Shown here: positions 1-8,385 of the stretch, piece after piece
Layout of the letters: every line of letters begins with the position of its first letter
Position numbering within the stretch: position 1 is the first letter of the stretch
Notes under the pieces: model-generated
Told to the model about the DNA's origin: nothing
Databases searched by the model: none
What the model saw: the letters and a program-made list of their open reading frames with translations, nothing else
NCBI GenBank assembly: GCA_029261715.1
Contig: JAJDAT010000035.1
Coordinates: 351 to 64,350 of the forward strand
Reading direction: 5' to 3'
DNA: 64,000 nucleotides
Source of the DNA: Nitrospinia bacterium
Lineage (GTDB): Bacteria; Nitrospinota; Nitrospinia; Nitrospinales; JAJDAT01
Program-made: the position numbers and the translations under genes

Positions 1-465
1 CCTTATTGGAGCAAATGTTTGGTTGATTCTTTTTCTTATTCTAAGAATTCAAACCAATCAAAGCTTTTAGGAGATATTTTGGGGCGACGTGGATTGTCTG
101 AAAAAGAGGCGGGACGTCCGCTTTCCAGGCTTGAAAAAAACGATATGCATAACCTGTTTCTTTTTTTATCTAAAAGGAAAATTCCACCTAACGAAAAAGA
201 GGAATGTGCGGAGTTTAGAGGTTCATTGAATTATTCTGTCCCGGTAGATTTCAAAGGGGACTTTGCAAGAGCTTGTTTTTATATGTCGGTTCAATATGGT
301 ATTCCGTTACCCGACGATTGGGAAGACGACATGAGGATGTGGCACGTAATGGACCCTCCAAGTCTATCAGAGATGGATAGGAATAGTTATATTGAAGAGG
401 TTCAGAAGAATAGAAATCCTTTTATAGATTACCCAGAATTAGCGGAGAGAATTGTAAACTTTTAA
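1..465 (+). CDS. Endonuclease I family nuclease, 5'-truncated by window edge
   Basis: The frame is open from nt 1, with no stop upstream of the listed TTG at 19. The C-terminal ...VQKNRNPFIDYPELAERI matches the conserved NRNPFID tail of periplasmic endonuclease I (EndA/Vvn family). A degenerate DMHNL block lies upstream. Confidence 0.55.
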   Translation, partial: PYWSKCLVDSFSYSKNSNQSKLLGDILGRRGLSEKEAGRPLSRLEKNDMHNLFLFLSKRKIPPNEKEECAEFRGSLNYSVPVDFKGDFARACFYMSVQYGIPLPDDWEDDMRMWHVMDPPSLSEMDRNSYIEEVQKNRNPFIDYPELAERIVNF

Positions 466-469
466 ATAT

Positions 470-694
470 TTAAGGTTTTAAGGGATTAGTTTGTTGGGAT
501 TCGGGCGAAAAATACCTTTGTTCGCCTAAATCAAGAGATGCGGTCCATAAATCATACATTTTGCAAGTAACGCCAAACCCATAAAGAGTATTTTTCATCA
601 TGAAACGGTTAATATCATCGTCTATTCCCAGGACGTGAACGAACTTTTTTTTAGATAAATGTCCTGGGCTATTTGGGGCTTTTGGATAAAGCAT
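470..694 (-). CDS. Hypothetical small protein (74 aa)
   Basis: ORF only; no recognisable motif and no clear RBS. Confidence 0.25.
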   Translation of the reverse strand: MLYPKAPNSPGHLSKKKFVHVLGIDDDINRFMMKNTLYGFGVTCKMYDLWTASLDLGEQRYFSPESQQTNPLKP

Positions 695-773
695 AGATTC
701 CTCATCTTGATTAGAGGTTGCTCCATTAGTATAAAACGAAGGACCAAAAAATAAGAAAAATAAAAATTAGAGT

Positions 774-1115
774 TTAGCATTCTGGAATATTAAATATGTC
801 ATTTACGACTTGATGTGTGCCGGGTGGAAGCGGTTGAACGGTGAAGGTTTCTCCATACCGCTTTACTTGACTAGATAGCCATTCTTCGAAGTTTTCAGGG
901 TTTGCTTCCTTAATATTAATGTCTGAAAGAAAAGGAAATTGTGTGAATAGGGAAGGTCGGCATTCCTTCATGGCATTAGCGATTTCATGTGGGTCTAAAT
1001 TGTCGGCTGTCATGTAATTGAGCAAACCAAAGAATTCTTTGGGATCTCCTGAAGGACAGACCATCGCTCCTGTTGTAACGCTAAGAAGAGCTCCTATATG
1101 AAATTTTTTTGCCAT
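774..1115 (-). CDS. Hypothetical protein (113 aa)
   Basis: ATG-initiated ORF with balanced, non-low-complexity composition (MAKKFHIGALLSVTTGAMVCP...). I cannot confidently name a family. Confidence 0.5.
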   Translation of the reverse strand: MAKKFHIGALLSVTTGAMVCPSGDPKEFFGLLNYMTADNLDPHEIANAMKECRPSLFTQFPFLSDINIKEANPENFEEWLSSQVKRYGETFTVQPLPPGTHQVVNDIFNIPEC

Positions 1116-1167
1116 CCTTTATTGTAAGTTTGAAGAACATAAACCTCAAAGGTATTTTTTGCATTCA

Positions 1168-1196
1168 TTGACAATAGCCTGTGTCTCGCTTAAATT
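1168..1196 (+). promoter_or_regulatory. Sigma-70-type promoter candidate (TTGACA-N17-TAAATT)
   Basis: TTGACA at 1168-1173, a 17-nt spacer, and TAAATT at 1191-1196. It lies about 25 nt upstream of GGGAGG (1210-1215) and TTG 1222. Confidence 0.4.
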
Positions 1197-1221
1197 AATA
1201 AAAAAGTCTGGGAGGTTTATC

Positions 1222-1563
1222 TTGGAAAAAATAATTACAGAATGTTCGGTTTGTAAAAAAGTAAAAGAAGAAGGGACGTCTGAAGAGTTATGGGTCAACA
1301 GAAGAATTTTGGCTCGTGATTTAAACGATCCGAACGTTCAAGTTTCCCATGGTTATTGTCCCGGATGTAGAGACAAGCTTAAGCAAACCATTCGAAGTAA
1401 AAAAAAGGACTCTCAGCAAACTTCAGATTCTGTAGAAATGAAGTCTTCAGTATCTCTTTCCCCGGAAGTTGAAGGGCTTTTGAATGCTTTAATTAAAAAG
1501 GGATTGATCGATAGGGAAGAGGCCTTAGAAGAAATTCAGAAATTGTTGCCTTCAAATAATTAA
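1222..1563 (+). CDS. Stand-alone Cys4 zinc-ribbon protein (CxxCKK...SHGYCPGC)
   Basis: I prefer TTG 1222, six nt after GGGAGG, to the listed TTG 1159, which sits upstream of the promoter candidate. The motif is CSVCKKVKEEG...W...VSHGYCPGCRDKL, followed by a K/S-rich linker and a short helical tail. Confidence 0.55.
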   Translation: MEKIITECSVCKKVKEEGTSEELWVNRRILARDLNDPNVQVSHGYCPGCRDKLKQTIRSKKKDSQQTSDSVEMKSSVSLSPEVEGLLNALIKKGLIDREEALEEIQKLLPSNN

Positions 1564-1725
1564 GCGGCGCGTTGTTCACCAATTGTTTAAATGCCTGCCT
1601 TTTTAAAAGATATAGGAAATGTTAAAGCAAACTGAACGTTCAATGGTGTAAGGCGGTTTGATCTTGGATTTCCCTGAACTTAAGTCGTAGTTTCATACCG
1701 CAGCATTATTGAGGATATTATCAAT

Positions 1726-2100
1726 ATGGGAATAAGAACGAAAATTTTGATCGTTGATGATCATTTGACGACTCAAATGATTTTAAAGCGTCTTTTTGGG
1801 AAGTTAGGTTATAAAAATATTGTTTTAGCGGAAGATGGAGAAGCAGCTCTATACGAACTTAAAAAAAACCGATTTGACCTAATTATGTCCGATTGGAATA
1901 TGCCCAACCTAAACGGCCTTGAATTTCTGAAAAAAGTTCGAACACACAAGCCTCACAAAGACGTTCCATTTATTATGCTAACAAGCGAAGGCACTAAAGA
2001 AAAAGTATTGGAAGCCTTACAAGCTGGTGTTGGCCACTATATGGTTAAACCGGTGGGATTCGAGAATCTAGAAAAAAAGCTAAAAGAAGTGATTGGGTGA
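1726..2100 (+). CDS. Single-domain response regulator (CheY-like receiver)
   Basis: 124 aa with the receiver signature: LIVDDH acidic pair, phospho-acceptor MSDWNMP, LTSEG Thr/Ser, and conserved Lys in YMVKP. There is no output domain. Confidence 0.9.
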   Translation: MGIRTKILIVDDHLTTQMILKRLFGKLGYKNIVLAEDGEAALYELKKNRFDLIMSDWNMPNLNGLEFLKKVRTHKPHKDVPFIMLTSEGTKEKVLEALQAGVGHYMVKPVGFENLEKKLKEVIG

Positions 2101-2141
2101 ATTTAAATTTTAAGTTCCTCGAATCAGAAAGAACGCAAATT

Positions 2142-3620
2142 TTAAAACCGAAACTTTTCTAAACTTTTTATTTTAGGAGAATCTGTAAGTCCAAAGATTC
2201 CGTCAATTTTTAAATTGTTTCTACGGAGATCTAAATGCTTCAGAGATTTTAAGTTCTCTGATGTAGCGATTGAAGAAAGGCCTTTGTTGGTAATTAAATT
2301 GCCATTGGCCAAGAGTTCTTCAAGATTGGATAAGTTTTCTGATTTTGCTAAAGCTTGAATTCCAGGATCTCCCATAAAAACATCCGCAACCCAAAGGCTT
2401 CTCAACTCTGCAAAGTTCTTAGAATTGGCTAAATGCTTAATTCCTTTTTCTGTTAGATCATTATGGGTAACATTTAAGCTATTTAGATTAGTTAAAGTTT
2501 TGGATTGGGCAATAGCTAAAATTCCTGTCGAAGAAATTTTTGCTCCTTCAAGGTTTAACTTTTTCAAACTTCCAAGACAATTCGATTCTGCTAAAGCAAC
2601 AGCGCCTAAATCTCCAATTTCGTTGCTCATCAGATTTAGGTTTTTAATCCCCTTTGAGTTTTGAGACTCAGCTAAAGATAGAATCCCTCTACAACTGATG
2701 CTGTTATTCCTCAAACTTAACGTTTCTATATTATTCAGCGCTTCAGAACGAGCAAGGGATGCCATGCCTTTATCGCCTAAACCTTTGCCGTTTAGGTTCA
2801 GTGATTTCCCGTCCTCTGATAAGTTTTTTTTCAGAAGAGTTCTAATCCGGAAATCCAAAAGCGCCGTTTCCGTTTTACGTGAAAATTTATTGTCGTAAAA
2901 ATAAAAATCCTCTAAACCTTCTAAATGGGTCGAGCGGGCTAATGCGTTAGAGCCTTCGTCGCGTATGTAATTAGAATTCAGAAATAATTGCTTCAATTGA
3001 TTCATGGAAGCTGCCGACGCGAGAGCTTTGGCGCCTATGTCGCTTATCATATTCCAGCCCAGATTTAGGGAGTGTAATGGCGTGAAGGCCCCTGTCTGAA
3101 TCCAGTTTTTTAATGTGTCGTCGTTAATTTTGTTTCGTTTCAAGTTCAAACGTCTGAGATTTAAATTAGCGGTACCATCTGGATAATGGGCAATACCCTT
3201 TTTGCCGACTAAGTTTAATTCTAATTCCAAAATTTCTAATTGTTTTAGCGATGAAGATTTTATGAGTTCTAAAGCTCCTTCGTCGCTAATTATATTTTTG
3301 ACTAAACTTAGGAAATTTAAAGACGGGAAATTGTTTGAATCTGCGAAGTCCTTACATCCAGAGTTGCCGATTTTATTAGAATCCAGATTCAGCTTTTTTA
3401 AACTTGGAGCTTTTGCGTTTTTGGCGAAAGCGGATAGCCCGGCACTAGTGATATCATTCCAACCTAGATTTAAGCCAACAACATGAGATAGATCTTGCTT
3501 AGACAAAAAAGCAATTCCAGCGTCGCCTATGCGTTCGTAACTGAGATCGATAAAAGAATCTCGATCAAGCCGTTCTTTAATGACGCCAATAATGTATTCG
3601 TCTCGTTCGTTTGCATTCAT
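2142..3620 (-). CDS. Leucine-rich repeat protein, RNI/ribonuclease-inhibitor-like repeats (492 aa)
   Basis: About 28-aa repeats of the form L..L.L..N.IGD.GA.ALA.S..L..L throughout. No signal peptide. An internal segment (LLKKNLSEDGKSLNLNGKGLGDKG) resembles the N-terminus of the neighbouring paralogue. Confidence 0.85.
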   Translation of the reverse strand: MNANERDEYIIGVIKERLDRDSFIDLSYERIGDAGIAFLSKQDLSHVVGLNLGWNDITSAGLSAFAKNAKAPSLKKLNLDSNKIGNSGCKDFADSNNFPSLNFLSLVKNIISDEGALELIKSSSLKQLEILELELNLVGKKGIAHYPDGTANLNLRRLNLKRNKINDDTLKNWIQTGAFTPLHSLNLGWNMISDIGAKALASAASMNQLKQLFLNSNYIRDEGSNALARSTHLEGLEDFYFYDNKFSRKTETALLDFRIRTLLKKNLSEDGKSLNLNGKGLGDKGMASLARSEALNNIETLSLRNNSISCRGILSLAESQNSKGIKNLNLMSNEIGDLGAVALAESNCLGSLKKLNLEGAKISSTGILAIAQSKTLTNLNSLNVTHNDLTEKGIKHLANSKNFAELRSLWVADVFMGDPGIQALAKSENLSNLEELLANGNLITNKGLSSIATSENLKSLKHLDLRRNNLKIDGIFGLTDSPKIKSLEKFRF

Positions 3621-3624
3621 ATAA

Positions 3625-4302
3625 TTAATCGTTCGGAGTCTTTAAGTCGATATCTAAGGTCTCGAGTCTTTGGAGATTTTTTGAATCCTGCATCAATTCG
3701 AGGCCTTTAGGTTCAAGTTTGTTATAAGTAAGATGTAATTTTTTTAAGCTTTTTAATTGTGAAGTTTCTGCGAAAGCCTTCATTCCTGCAAATCCAATTT
3801 TATTAGAATCTAGTCGTAGATCTTTAAGTTTATTAAGGTACGGGGAATTTGCTAGAGCAATTGCTCCCTCGTCGCCAATTTTATTAAAGGATAAATCGAG
3901 AACTTCTAAATTGGAAAGGTTTTCAGAATTTGCTAAAGCTTCAGCGCCTTCAGGTCCGATTTTATTGGTGTAGAGGCTTAAATATTTTAATTTCGTCAAT
4001 TGGGACGATTCTGCTATAGCTTCTGCACCAACATTCCTAATACGGTTATCAAAAAGCCATAATTCTTTTATTGAAGAAAAAAATTCTGAATCGGCCATTT
4101 CCTCAAGGCAAATGTCTTTAATCTGGCAATTATGGAGGAAAAGGATCTCTAATCCTTCCAATTGGATATTTTCAGCAAAATCAATCGCTTCTTTTTCGCC
4201 AATTTTTTTATTAGAAAAGTCGAGCGTTTTGCCGTCTTTGCTCAAACCTTTTTTGATCCAGCGTCGTATGTAGGTGATGTCGTCAGTGGCATTCTTAGCC
4301 AT
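3625..4302 (-). CDS. Leucine-rich repeat protein, RNI-like repeats (225 aa)
   Basis: Same repeat type as the adjacent gene (LDLSFNKIGDEGAIALANSPYLNKLKDLRL...). It lies 4 nt upstream of the 492-aa paralogue, so the two are probably co-transcribed. Confidence 0.85.
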   Translation of the reverse strand: MAKNATDDITYIRRWIKKGLSKDGKTLDFSNKKIGEKEAIDFAENIQLEGLEILFLHNCQIKDICLEEMADSEFFSSIKELWLFDNRIRNVGAEAIAESSQLTKLKYLSLYTNKIGPEGAEALANSENLSNLEVLDLSFNKIGDEGAIALANSPYLNKLKDLRLDSNKIGFAGMKAFAETSQLKSLKKLHLTYNKLEPKGLELMQDSKNLQRLETLDIDLKTPND

Positions 4303-4565
4303 ATTACGTCCTAAAAAAAACTCCTTTAATCCCCATTAATTTTAAAAAGGTCGTATGACCATAAAAGGGAGCACTGTCAGGAGCTGGTTAAAACCAACCA
4401 TTGTATGGAAGAGAGCGGAAAAGTAAAGGATTAGTTTAACAGTTTACAAACTGATGAGAGAAAAAAAAGATCTTTTTGTGGTTTCCAATGGGAGTTGAAA
4501 AATTGCTAGGAAATCTATGTAGGGGAGAGAATGATAACTGTTTGGATTTTGTGGCGAAACTTGAA

Positions 4566-5567
4566 TTAATATCGGAATGAAATGCCCACGGTAGCTCCAT
4601 CTCTTTCGCTATCCAAGTCATTTAGGGGAAATACGCTTGAGCCTGTGATTCCACGGACTTCAATATCTCCATCGCTTTCAATTTTCCAGAATTGATAGCC
4701 AGCAGATAGAAAAAGATTAGGTAGAACTTCATACGTCGCGGCGAATTCAAAGTTATACCCTATTCCTGTTCCGTCCATGACAAAGCCAGGTTGGGATAAA
4801 TCTGTGCGTAAATGGTGGATATCCTCGTTGTGCATATCAGAATAGGGGATGAAGACAGCGGAGGCTTCAAGTCCTAATTTTTCCCAGAGAGTTATTTTTC
4901 CTTCCAACCCTAGTTTGATAGAACTCCATTCCACCTTGTTTGATATGACTTTTTCTCCAAGAGACAACGTAGAGCCAGCGGGTAAACAAATTCCCAATAA
5001 TGCGCCGCCCACTGTGCAGGTATCATACGTGATGCCTCTGGCGACATATTCTTCTTCCCAGCGTTGGTAACCCACGAAAGCCCGGAGCATAGACTTTCCT
5101 TTGTAAGAGTCAGTCCAAAGCGTATAACCAACATCCAGATCGAAATACCACAAACCGTCATCGTCAATGTCGCTGAAAGTCCGAGAAGCTAGAAAATCGC
5201 CAGTAGCGGTGGTGGTAAGAAAATCGTCGTCAATTAGTCTTCCATCGTTAAAACTACCAAATCCGACGTTGCCTCTAACAAAAAAACGATTTGGCATATT
5301 AAATTCGGCGGTTAATTCAACCACGTTGCTATCCACGTCCTCATAGGTTAATTCTGATGAAGGATTGCCTAAAAGCGCTGATGAGGAGGAGGCATCATGG
5401 TTCCAGTCGGTTTGTCCTGAACTGAACCAGCCAGAAATCCCGATAGAAAAATTATGTCCCTGATAAAGGTCTTGCTGAGCGTTAGCGATTGAAAAATTAA
5501 AAAGCACAAAAAGTATAGAGATCGCTAATTTTGTAAAATATTTAGAGGAAATTTGGTTACTCATCAA
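4566..5567 (-). CDS. Outer-membrane beta-barrel protein, omptin-like (peptidase A26 candidate)
   Basis: Signal peptide ending ...SIANA/QQ, alternating beta-strand pattern, and a terminal aromatic (...GISFRY). IDDDF and SDMHNEDIHH are spaced like the omptin catalytic D-x-D and D-x-H pairs (OmpT VDQDW / SDNDEHY). Confidence 0.7.
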   Translation of the reverse strand: MMSNQISSKYFTKLAISILFVLFNFSIANAQQDLYQGHNFSIGISGWFSSGQTDWNHDASSSSALLGNPSSELTYEDVDSNVVELTAEFNMPNRFFVRGNVGFGSFNDGRLIDDDFLTTTATGDFLASRTFSDIDDDGLWYFDLDVGYTLWTDSYKGKSMLRAFVGYQRWEEEYVARGITYDTCTVGGALLGICLPAGSTLSLGEKVISNKVEWSSIKLGLEGKITLWEKLGLEASAVFIPYSDMHNEDIHHLRTDLSQPGFVMDGTGIGYNFEFAATYEVLPNLFLSAGYQFWKIESDGDIEVRGITGSSVFPLNDLDSERDGATVGISFRY

Positions 5568-5906
5568 TTAGTCCTTGAAATGTTTTAGCATTTTTACCTT
5601 TTATCGGAACTTAAGCTTCTACGATAAAACATTTTTTCTTGAGATCCAAGCAAAACATTGAAAAAATTAAGCTTACTAGTTAAAGCGAGAAACTCAAGTA
5701 GGTTTGATCTTGTGGAAATAATAAGGTTTTAATAGCGGAAAGATGCTCCTGTATTTCGGTGTTTGGAACTGAAGCTTAAAAAAACTTAAAGAATCCCATA
5801 AGTTGACTTTTGTTTTTCCAATCAATCAAAAACTTTGTTTTTTGGGTTGATAAACTAGCCTTTACGTTTTTATTCAAAAACTCTTAAAAAAAATTAAATG
5901 ACCGAC

Positions 5907-5933
5907 TAAAGTTGGTTCACTTTCTGCCGATAA
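5907..5933 (+). promoter_or_regulatory. Sigma-28 (FliA) promoter, consensus match
   Basis: TAAAGTTG (5907-5914), an 11-nt spacer, and GCCGATAA (5926-5933). It lies about 80 nt upstream of ATG 6012. Confidence 0.7.
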
Positions 5934-6011
5934 CTGGGTTAAGCCCTAGTTTATTCAAAACTCTTTTGTTTTTATAGGGCCCGAAGTCCTTTAAAAAATA
6001 GGGAAAAAAGT

Positions 6012-6440
6012 ATGGCAGAAGTTTCTGGCGGAATTTCAAACAGCATTCCAGTATCTAGAGGGATTGAAGCTCTAAAACGGCAAGAGAATTTAGCTGGGGC
6101 AGGATCTCCAGGACCCTCTTCTGAGCGTAAGCTCTTAGATTCTCAGGATAGTGCAGATCGAGTGCAAATTGGCGTTGAAGCTCGCCAATTAAATGATGAT
6201 CGACAGAGAAACCAAGATCTTCAAGAATCTCAGCGTGAAGGTCAACGCATAGCGGAAAATCAACAGGAACAAACCGCTCAGACTCAAGCCGTATCAAACC
6301 CTGTTGCATTGCCAGAGCAAAACCTGAGCCCATTTCGATCTGAACCTTCCCCAAATCGAGTGACTGAAAAATTTAAACAGTCCGAGTCTAGCCAAAATAG
6401 CAGTTCTCAAAAGGGACTCAATATCGACGTCCAAATTTAA
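6012..6440 (+). CDS. Q/E/S/N-rich disordered protein of the predicted sigma-28 regulon (weak FlgM-like motif)
   Basis: 142 aa of low complexity. DRVQIGVEARQL resembles the D[KR][IV].[IL]S..A..[LM] motif of FlgM anti-sigma-28 factors, but the usual C-terminal helix pattern is not evident. A consensus FliA promoter lies upstream. Confidence 0.5.
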   Translation: MAEVSGGISNSIPVSRGIEALKRQENLAGAGSPGPSSERKLLDSQDSADRVQIGVEARQLNDDRQRNQDLQESQREGQRIAENQQEQTAQTQAVSNPVALPEQNLSPFRSEPSPNRVTEKFKQSESSQNSSSQKGLNIDVQI

Positions 6441-6603
6441 TAGCGTCTATACTTGAAGGCGTGGATTATAGGGAAAAGTAGTTGTGACAATTTTTCTTAT
6501 ATGACAATATAGCTTCAATATGTTCCTTTTTTAAAGGTTCCAGTTCATATTATTTGAACTCTCTTCCCAAAGAATTTAGTTTCCCGCACTTTCTCTATTG
6601 TCC

Positions 6604-8229
6604 ATGAATAAAAAACAGATTTTTCAATTATCTGTAGCGTTAGTTTCTTTATGGCTGTTTTTTGAGTTATTGACTCACACTTCTCCTGCCCCTCTTGTAT
6701 TTAATCGTTATTCGTTAGGATATCTTGTCCTCCTGTGTTTGGTAGTTCCTCTTATTTTGCTAGTCAATTTTTTGGTTTATCGTTATCAATTTAGGGCGAT
6801 AAGGATACTTTTAAAAAATACGATCGCGATATTAGGGATTTTGGTTGTTATAGAAATTTTAGGTCAGTTTTATGCCTGGTTTCATCCCTCATATGATGTT
6901 TTGACTTTAGAGCCGAATAACAAACTTGGTTGGACATTGCCTCCGAATTTGGAGTTTCACTACACGGGAAACGAATGGTATGCCCGGGAATACAGCGCTT
7001 TAAATCGTATTAATTCCCTAGGGTTTCGTGATTTGGAAAGAAGTGAAGAAAAAGAAGAAGGGGTTATTCGTGTGGGGGTTCTTGGAGCGTCCATGATAAC
7101 GAGTAAAGAAAACTCTTTTGAAGATACAGTGCCGCAAATTTTAGAAAAAAAATTAAACGATCATTTCGGTCGAAAAAATAGCAAACGCTTTGAAGTTTTA
7201 AACTTCGGCGGCGACGCCTATGGCATGGGGCAACCATTGATTGTTTATAGCGAGATTGCCCGAAAGTTTAATTTAGATTTTGTCGTTTTTTATGTTGCTG
7301 ATGAACTTCATTTTTGGAAAACCGTTGGATCTGGCGTCTGTTGGGCATTGAATGACGTGGTAGGAGAGGTTCTTAGTCTCGAAGGTGAAAAAAAGAAAGT
7401 TTGCTATGACGTTAGACCTGTATTTTATATTCCAGAAAATTCTTTCGCAGAATTAGACGCTATTTTTTCTTTAAAACTTTTTCAAGACTTTCTTATTCAA
7501 GTGGGAAAGATGAAAAAACAGTCTACTTCTTTTACTTGGGAAGAATATAACCGAGTTATAAAAGAACAAACCGAAGCTATTAGATTAGAAGATGTTCAAA
7601 GGATAGTTCAAAAAATGAAGAGCATAGGGCTTACCTTGTATCCTCCAAAAGACTTTGAACAATTTAAAAAAGATAGAGACGAAGTTATTAAAAACCTTTA
7701 CGCCGGGGGAAAAGTAGCGAAAAGAAAAACCAAGCTTTTCCTTCACACCAAGTTTTCAGAAATAAAAACAGCTTTTAAGGTTGCTCAAAACCAATCTCGC
7801 AAACGCGAGATGGTAACTAAAGGATTGTTGACTAAGTATGCCCCGGATAACCCCAACATGCCGGGATTAGGAAATAAAAATTATCCAAAGTTTGAACATG
7901 TTATATTTGCTAACTTAAAAATATTAAGCCTCTTAAATGACCTGGTGGAAGCCGATAATACTAAATTTGGGATTGCAGATGCCGTTCCTTTTCTGACAGA
8001 CGGGCGCCTGTTAAAATTACCCAGTTTCATTGTTTCAGACATTCTTCAAAAGTTTTCGAAGATTTATAATATTGGTTATATGCCTGTTGGAGAATCTTTG
8101 AACGAGAGAAAAAAAGTGGGGGAGGTATTGCAATGGAAATACGACCCTCACTTAAATAAGAAGGCTAATATGGTTATTGCCGAGGGGATGTTTCAATGGG
8201 TGAAAAAAGAAATTGAAGGAAAAAAATGA
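6604..8229 (+). CDS. Membrane-anchored SGNH/GDSL-like hydrolase family protein (degenerate block I: GAS)
   Basis: Two to three N-terminal TM helices. The ...INSLGFRDLER...IRVGVLGASM... layout parallels the convergent paralogue at 8386-9390. I prefer ATG 6604 to TTG 6598. Confidence 0.65.
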   Translation: MNKKQIFQLSVALVSLWLFFELLTHTSPAPLVFNRYSLGYLVLLCLVVPLILLVNFLVYRYQFRAIRILLKNTIAILGILVVIEILGQFYAWFHPSYDVLTLEPNNKLGWTLPPNLEFHYTGNEWYAREYSALNRINSLGFRDLERSEEKEEGVIRVGVLGASMITSKENSFEDTVPQILEKKLNDHFGRKNSKRFEVLNFGGDAYGMGQPLIVYSEIARKFNLDFVVFYVADELHFWKTVGSGVCWALNDVVGEVLSLEGEKKKVCYDVRPVFYIPENSFAELDAIFSLKLFQDFLIQVGKMKKQSTSFTWEEYNRVIKEQTEAIRLEDVQRIVQKMKSIGLTLYPPKDFEQFKKDRDEVIKNLYAGGKVAKRKTKLFLHTKFSEIKTAFKVAQNQSRKREMVTKGLLTKYAPDNPNMPGLGNKNYPKFEHVIFANLKILSLLNDLVEADNTKFGIADAVPFLTDGRLLKLPSFIVSDILQKFSKIYNIGYMPVGESLNERKKVGEVLQWKYDPHLNKKANMVIAEGMFQWVKKEIEGKK

Positions 8230-8381
8230 TTAAGCTTTTTAAAAAATTTAAAAACTTTTTAGATAAAAAAGAACTTTGGTTTGTGATGCCTTTTTTATTT
8301 GTATTATTGATTCTTGTTATTATCGTAGCCATCGCTCAATCAGGCGGAGATAATTTGCCCTTTATTTATGTGGGTTTTTAA
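8226..8381 (+). CDS. DUF5989-like small membrane protein (51 aa), not in ORF track
   Basis: Its ATG overlaps the upstream stop (ATGA at 8226-8229). Sequence: MIKLFKKFKNFLDKKELWFVMPFLFVLLILVIIVAIAQSGGDNLPFIYVGF. A basic N-terminus, one TM helix and a ...PFIY..F tail fit the family as I recall it. Confidence 0.6.
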   Translation: MIKLFKKFKNFLDKKELWFVMPFLFVLLILVIIVAIAQSGGDNLPFIYVGF

Positions 8382-8385
8382 TTTC

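Noticed and set aside
2425-3710. Plus-strand ORFs (2425-2664, 2698-2898, 3202-3486, 3495-3710) inside the LRR genes
   Set aside because: They are antisense to long, repeat-structured LRR coding frames. Their products are low-complexity K/F/S-rich with no motifs. These are typical shadow ORFs.
4436-4621. 61-aa minus-strand ORF overlapping the 3' end of the barrel gene
   Set aside because: It overlaps the barrel gene's C-terminal coding region in another frame and has no RBS.
6055-6354. 99-aa minus-strand ORF overlapping the 6012-6440 gene
   Set aside because: The plus-strand frame has a consensus sigma-28 promoter at an appropriate distance. The antisense frame has no start context. I kept it only as a caveat.
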